A stretch of DNA of 64,000 nt from an uncultured Alphaproteobacteria bacterium (GTDB lineage: Bacteria; Pseudomonadota; Alphaproteobacteria; HIMB59; GCA-002718135), in the NCBI GenBank assembly GCA_902521315.1, contig CABYRH010000008.1:18066-82065 (forward strand), in the 5' to 3' direction. Position 1 is the first letter of the stretch. Each line of letters opens with the position of its first letter. Below are positions 61,411 through 64,000 of this stretch, piece after piece. A program made the translations under genes and the position numbers. The notes below the pieces were generated by a model. That model was not told the DNA's origin, searched no databases, and was given only the letters and a program-made list of their open reading frames with translations.

Positions 61411-62598
61411 TTAAAGTTCAATATCAAAGTCTTTAAGATATTTTTGTGATAATTCTATACCGAGACCTGGTTTTTTATCATCTAGTTCAATAAATCCATT
61501 TTTAGCTTGTGGTTCTCCATCAAAAATATACCAAAACAATTCATTACCTATTTCTACTGGCCAAAACGGAAAGTATTCAACTATAGGAGCATTAATACTA
61601 CTCATCGATATATGAAAATTGTGCACTTGTCCTGCATGAGGAATAACTGGAATTTGAAATGCCTCTGCTAAAGCGCAAATCTTGTGTGCTTGTGTGATTC
61701 CTCCAACCCTATTTGTATCAAATTGAACTACATCTACTGCTTTTTTCTCTAAAAGTTGTCTAAATCCAAAAAGAGTATACTCATGCTCACCTCCAGATAT
61801 AGGTGTTCTGCAGGAAGCTTTTAAATCGGCATATCCATCAATATCATCAGCTATTACAGGCTCTTCTAACCATCTTAAGTTTTCATTATCAATTAATCGC
61901 ATCATTCTTTTTGCATATTCAAATGTCCAGCCCATATAAACATCAGCCATCAAATCAACATTATCACCAACTACTGATCTAACTGTTTTAATTAATTCAA
62001 TATTTTTGTTCATTCCTTCAGCACCATCTTTTGGTCCCCAACCAAAACGCAGTTTCATAGCTTTGAATCCTTGATCTAAATAATCTTGCGCTTCTTTTGC
62101 TAATGTATCAAGAGGTTGGCTATACAATTTACTGGCATAGCAAGGTAATTTTTCTTTTGTTTTACCACCAAGCAGTCTGTAGACTGGTTGTTTAGTTGTT
62201 TTTCCTAGTGCATCCCATATAGCTATATCTACTGCACTAATTGCTGTCATCCCCACACCTTTTCTTCCCCAAGCTAAAGTTTGTCTATACATCTTTTGCC
62301 AAATGTGTTCATAATCCCAAACACTTTCACCAATTATTGCAGGTTTTAAGTAATTATCTACTACAGATTTACAAGGTTTTGGTGAAAGAGCTGCATTACC
62401 AAGACCAATATGTCCATCCTCAGTTTCAACTTCTACTACCAACCAACTTAAAAATTTGAAAGTTGACATTCCATCTGCACTTATATTTTCTTTATTAAGT
62501 AAGTCTGCTGCACTAGTGCAAAAATTATCATGTATTGCTTGAATAGGACCTTTCCAAGTATAAAGTTTTGCTCTTACATCTTTAATTTTTGAGGACAT
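61411..62598 (-). CDS. Enolase-superfamily sugar-acid dehydratase, L-lyxonate dehydratase-like
   Basis: WKGP..NFCT, GNAAL, AWGRKG, KLRFGWGPKDG, WLEEP, GGEHE, GNELFWYIF closely resemble the recalled Labrenzia aggregata L-lyxonate dehydratase. Confidence 0.8.
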   Translation of the reverse strand: MSSKIKDVRAKLYTWKGPIQAIHDNFCTSAADLLNKENISADGMSTFKFLSWLVVEVETEDGHIGLGNAALSPKPCKSVVDNYLKPAIIGESVWDYEHIWQKMYRQTLAWGRKGVGMTAISAVDIAIWDALGKTTKQPVYRLLGGKTKEKLPCYASKLYSQPLDTLAKEAQDYLDQGFKAMKLRFGWGPKDGAEGMNKNIELIKTVRSVVGDNVDLMADVYMGWTFEYAKRMMRLIDNENLRWLEEPVIADDIDGYADLKASCRTPISGGEHEYTLFGFRQLLEKKAVDVVQFDTNRVGGITQAHKICALAEAFQIPVIPHAGQVHNFHISMSSINAPIVEYFPFWPVEIGNELFWYIFDGEPQAKNGFIELDDKKPGLGIELSQKYLKDFDIEL

Positions 62599-62600
62599 AA

Positions 62601-63509
62601 TTAAATTCTATAATATTTTTCAGCGTTTGATGAAAATAACATTGTTTTTTCATTTTCGGAATAATCTTTTGTAATTGTTTTAAAAGAGTTCCAATAATTA
62701 TCGAAAGTATTAAAAATTTTATCAACTGGAAAGTTTGATGCAAACATACATCTTTCAATTCCAAATATTTCTATAGTTTTCTCAACAAAAATTTTTGTAC
62801 TATCGATTGTCCAGCTTGGGTTAAACATTCCAAGACCAGAAATTTTTGCCACCATATTTTCACAGTTTGCAATCTTTTTCATATTAGCTTCCCAATATTG
62901 AATGTACTCTTCAGATTGATAGCATGGTTCACCAGTATGATTTAATATAAATAAGATATCAGCATTATTTTTTGCTAAATTAAAAGAGTCATCCATCTGG
63001 TGAGGATAAACTTGGATATCAAATGATAAATTTCTGTTTTTCATATTTTTGAAATTTTCTAACCATTTTGTATTTTTCATATAATCTTCTGGTGCGTGTG
63101 AATATTTTGGTTCATCTGAATTAAATGATAAAATCTGTCTAATACCACGTGTATTATTAAATTCTTGATGTTGATCTAGAATATCAGCTACATTAGATTT
63201 TGAGAAATCTGCAAATGCAACAATAGCATTTGGTAATTTTGCATTATGATTATCCGCAAGTCTTTGTAGCCATTCTGTTTCATTAACAGGACTATCATCA
63301 TCGTGTTCAGCTTGTACATGAACAGATTTAATTAAATTTTGGTTTTTCGCATCATTTAAATAATCATCTAATAAATAACTTTTTCTTATAGCTCCATAAT
63401 CACCAAAAAATGCTTCTCCTTCAGATACCATTAACCATGAATATTTAGTTTTTTCATTCTCTAAATCCCATAGATGGTGATGAGCGTCTACTATTGGAAT
63501 ATTATCCAT
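62601..63509 (-). CDS. Amidohydrolase-2 family sugar lactonase (fucono/rhamnono-lactonase-like)
   Basis: DAHHHLWD, LNHTG, KISG, FASNFPVD; start trimmed to ATG 63509. Confidence 0.82.
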   Translation of the reverse strand: MDNIPIVDAHHHLWDLENEKTKYSWLMVSEGEAFFGDYGAIRKSYLLDDYLNDAKNQNLIKSVHVQAEHDDDSPVNETEWLQRLADNHNAKLPNAIVAFADFSKSNVADILDQHQEFNNTRGIRQILSFNSDEPKYSHAPEDYMKNTKWLENFKNMKNRNLSFDIQVYPHQMDDSFNLAKNNADILFILNHTGEPCYQSEEYIQYWEANMKKIANCENMVAKISGLGMFNPSWTIDSTKIFVEKTIEIFGIERCMFASNFPVDKIFNTFDNYWNSFKTITKDYSENEKTMLFSSNAEKYYRI

Positions 63510-63526
63510 TGTTTCACTTATAAGTC

Positions 63527-63554
63527 TGAAGAGCAATATTTCTATTGCTCTTCA
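63527..63554 (-). terminator. Stem-loop after SBP gene
   Basis: TGAAGAGCAATA-TTTC-TATTGCTCTTCA. Confidence 0.65.
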
Positions 63555-63564
63555 AATCATTAAT

Positions 63565-64000
63565 TTAGAAGTTAAAATTATCGATATTGTCAGGAACAAA
63601 ATCAAGCATTGGCGCTGCATAAATTAAATTATTTGCATTTATTACAACATCACCTTGATCTGGAACACTGATTGTCATACCTTCTGATAATTTCATACCA
63701 TTTTCAACCATTTGTACAGATAGATAACCTGCGATTTCTCCTTCAACAGATGGATCCCATAATTGGAATGCTTTTACACAACCGCTTTTTAGGAATGGTC
63801 TCATTTGATTTGGAGTTCCAAGTCCAGTAACTTGAACCTGATCACACTTGCCAGCAGATTCTACAACTTGTGCAGCAGCCGCAACACCAACTGTAGTTGG
63901 TGAAATAATTCCTCTTAAGTCTGGATATTTAGCAAGAAGAGCTTCAGCTTCAGTAGTACTTTTTTGTGGATCATCATCACCATATACAACACCTAAATAT
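63565..64000 (-). CDS. RhaS/LsrB-family sugar ABC substrate-binding protein (5' end outside window)
   Basis: Frame extends past ORF-track start: VVYGDDDPQKS...YPDLRGIISPTTVGVAAAAQ...VTGLGTPNQM...LWDP...NIDNFNF. Confidence 0.85.
   Translation of the reverse strand, partial: YLGVVYGDDDPQKSTTEAEALLAKYPDLRGIISPTTVGVAAAAQVVESAGKCDQVQVTGLGTPNQMRPFLKSGCVKAFQLWDPSVEGEIAGYLSVQMVENGMKLSEGMTISVPDQGDVVINANNLIYAAPMLDFVPDNIDNFNF

Overview
Gene-dense, very AT-rich chromosomal segment from a streamlined marine alphaproteobacterium (SAR11/HIMB59-like by composition and gene order; taxonomy is inferred). Left end (1-9.6 kb): carbohydrate-use module with a partial GH151-like fucosidase, CUT1 ABC transporter, PhyH dioxygenase, Gfo/Idh/MocA, ThuA-like protein and xylA. 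Middle (9.6-36 kb): housekeeping core (ribF-ileS-lspA-pgi, RNA modification, xseA, lipid A/Kdo genes, ubiA, aa3 cytochrome c oxidase operon, thrC, peptidases), followed by an FG-GAP protein. At 41.3-44.9 kb two amtB paralogs without glnK are each preceded by a tandem pair of glnA-type (glutamine-I) riboswitch aptamers and a conserved putative anti-Shine-Dalgarno platform; this is the strongest non-coding signal in the window. Right end (48-64 kb): a CUT2 ABC transporter divergent from a cluster with three membrane di-iron enzymes, MocE/MocF-like electron carriers, a degenerate PanB-like protein, a lactonase and sugar-acid dehydratases converging on a non-phosphorylative L-pentonate route. No rRNA, tRNA, CRISPR array or transposase was seen. 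All calls are from motif reading and recall; no database searches were run.
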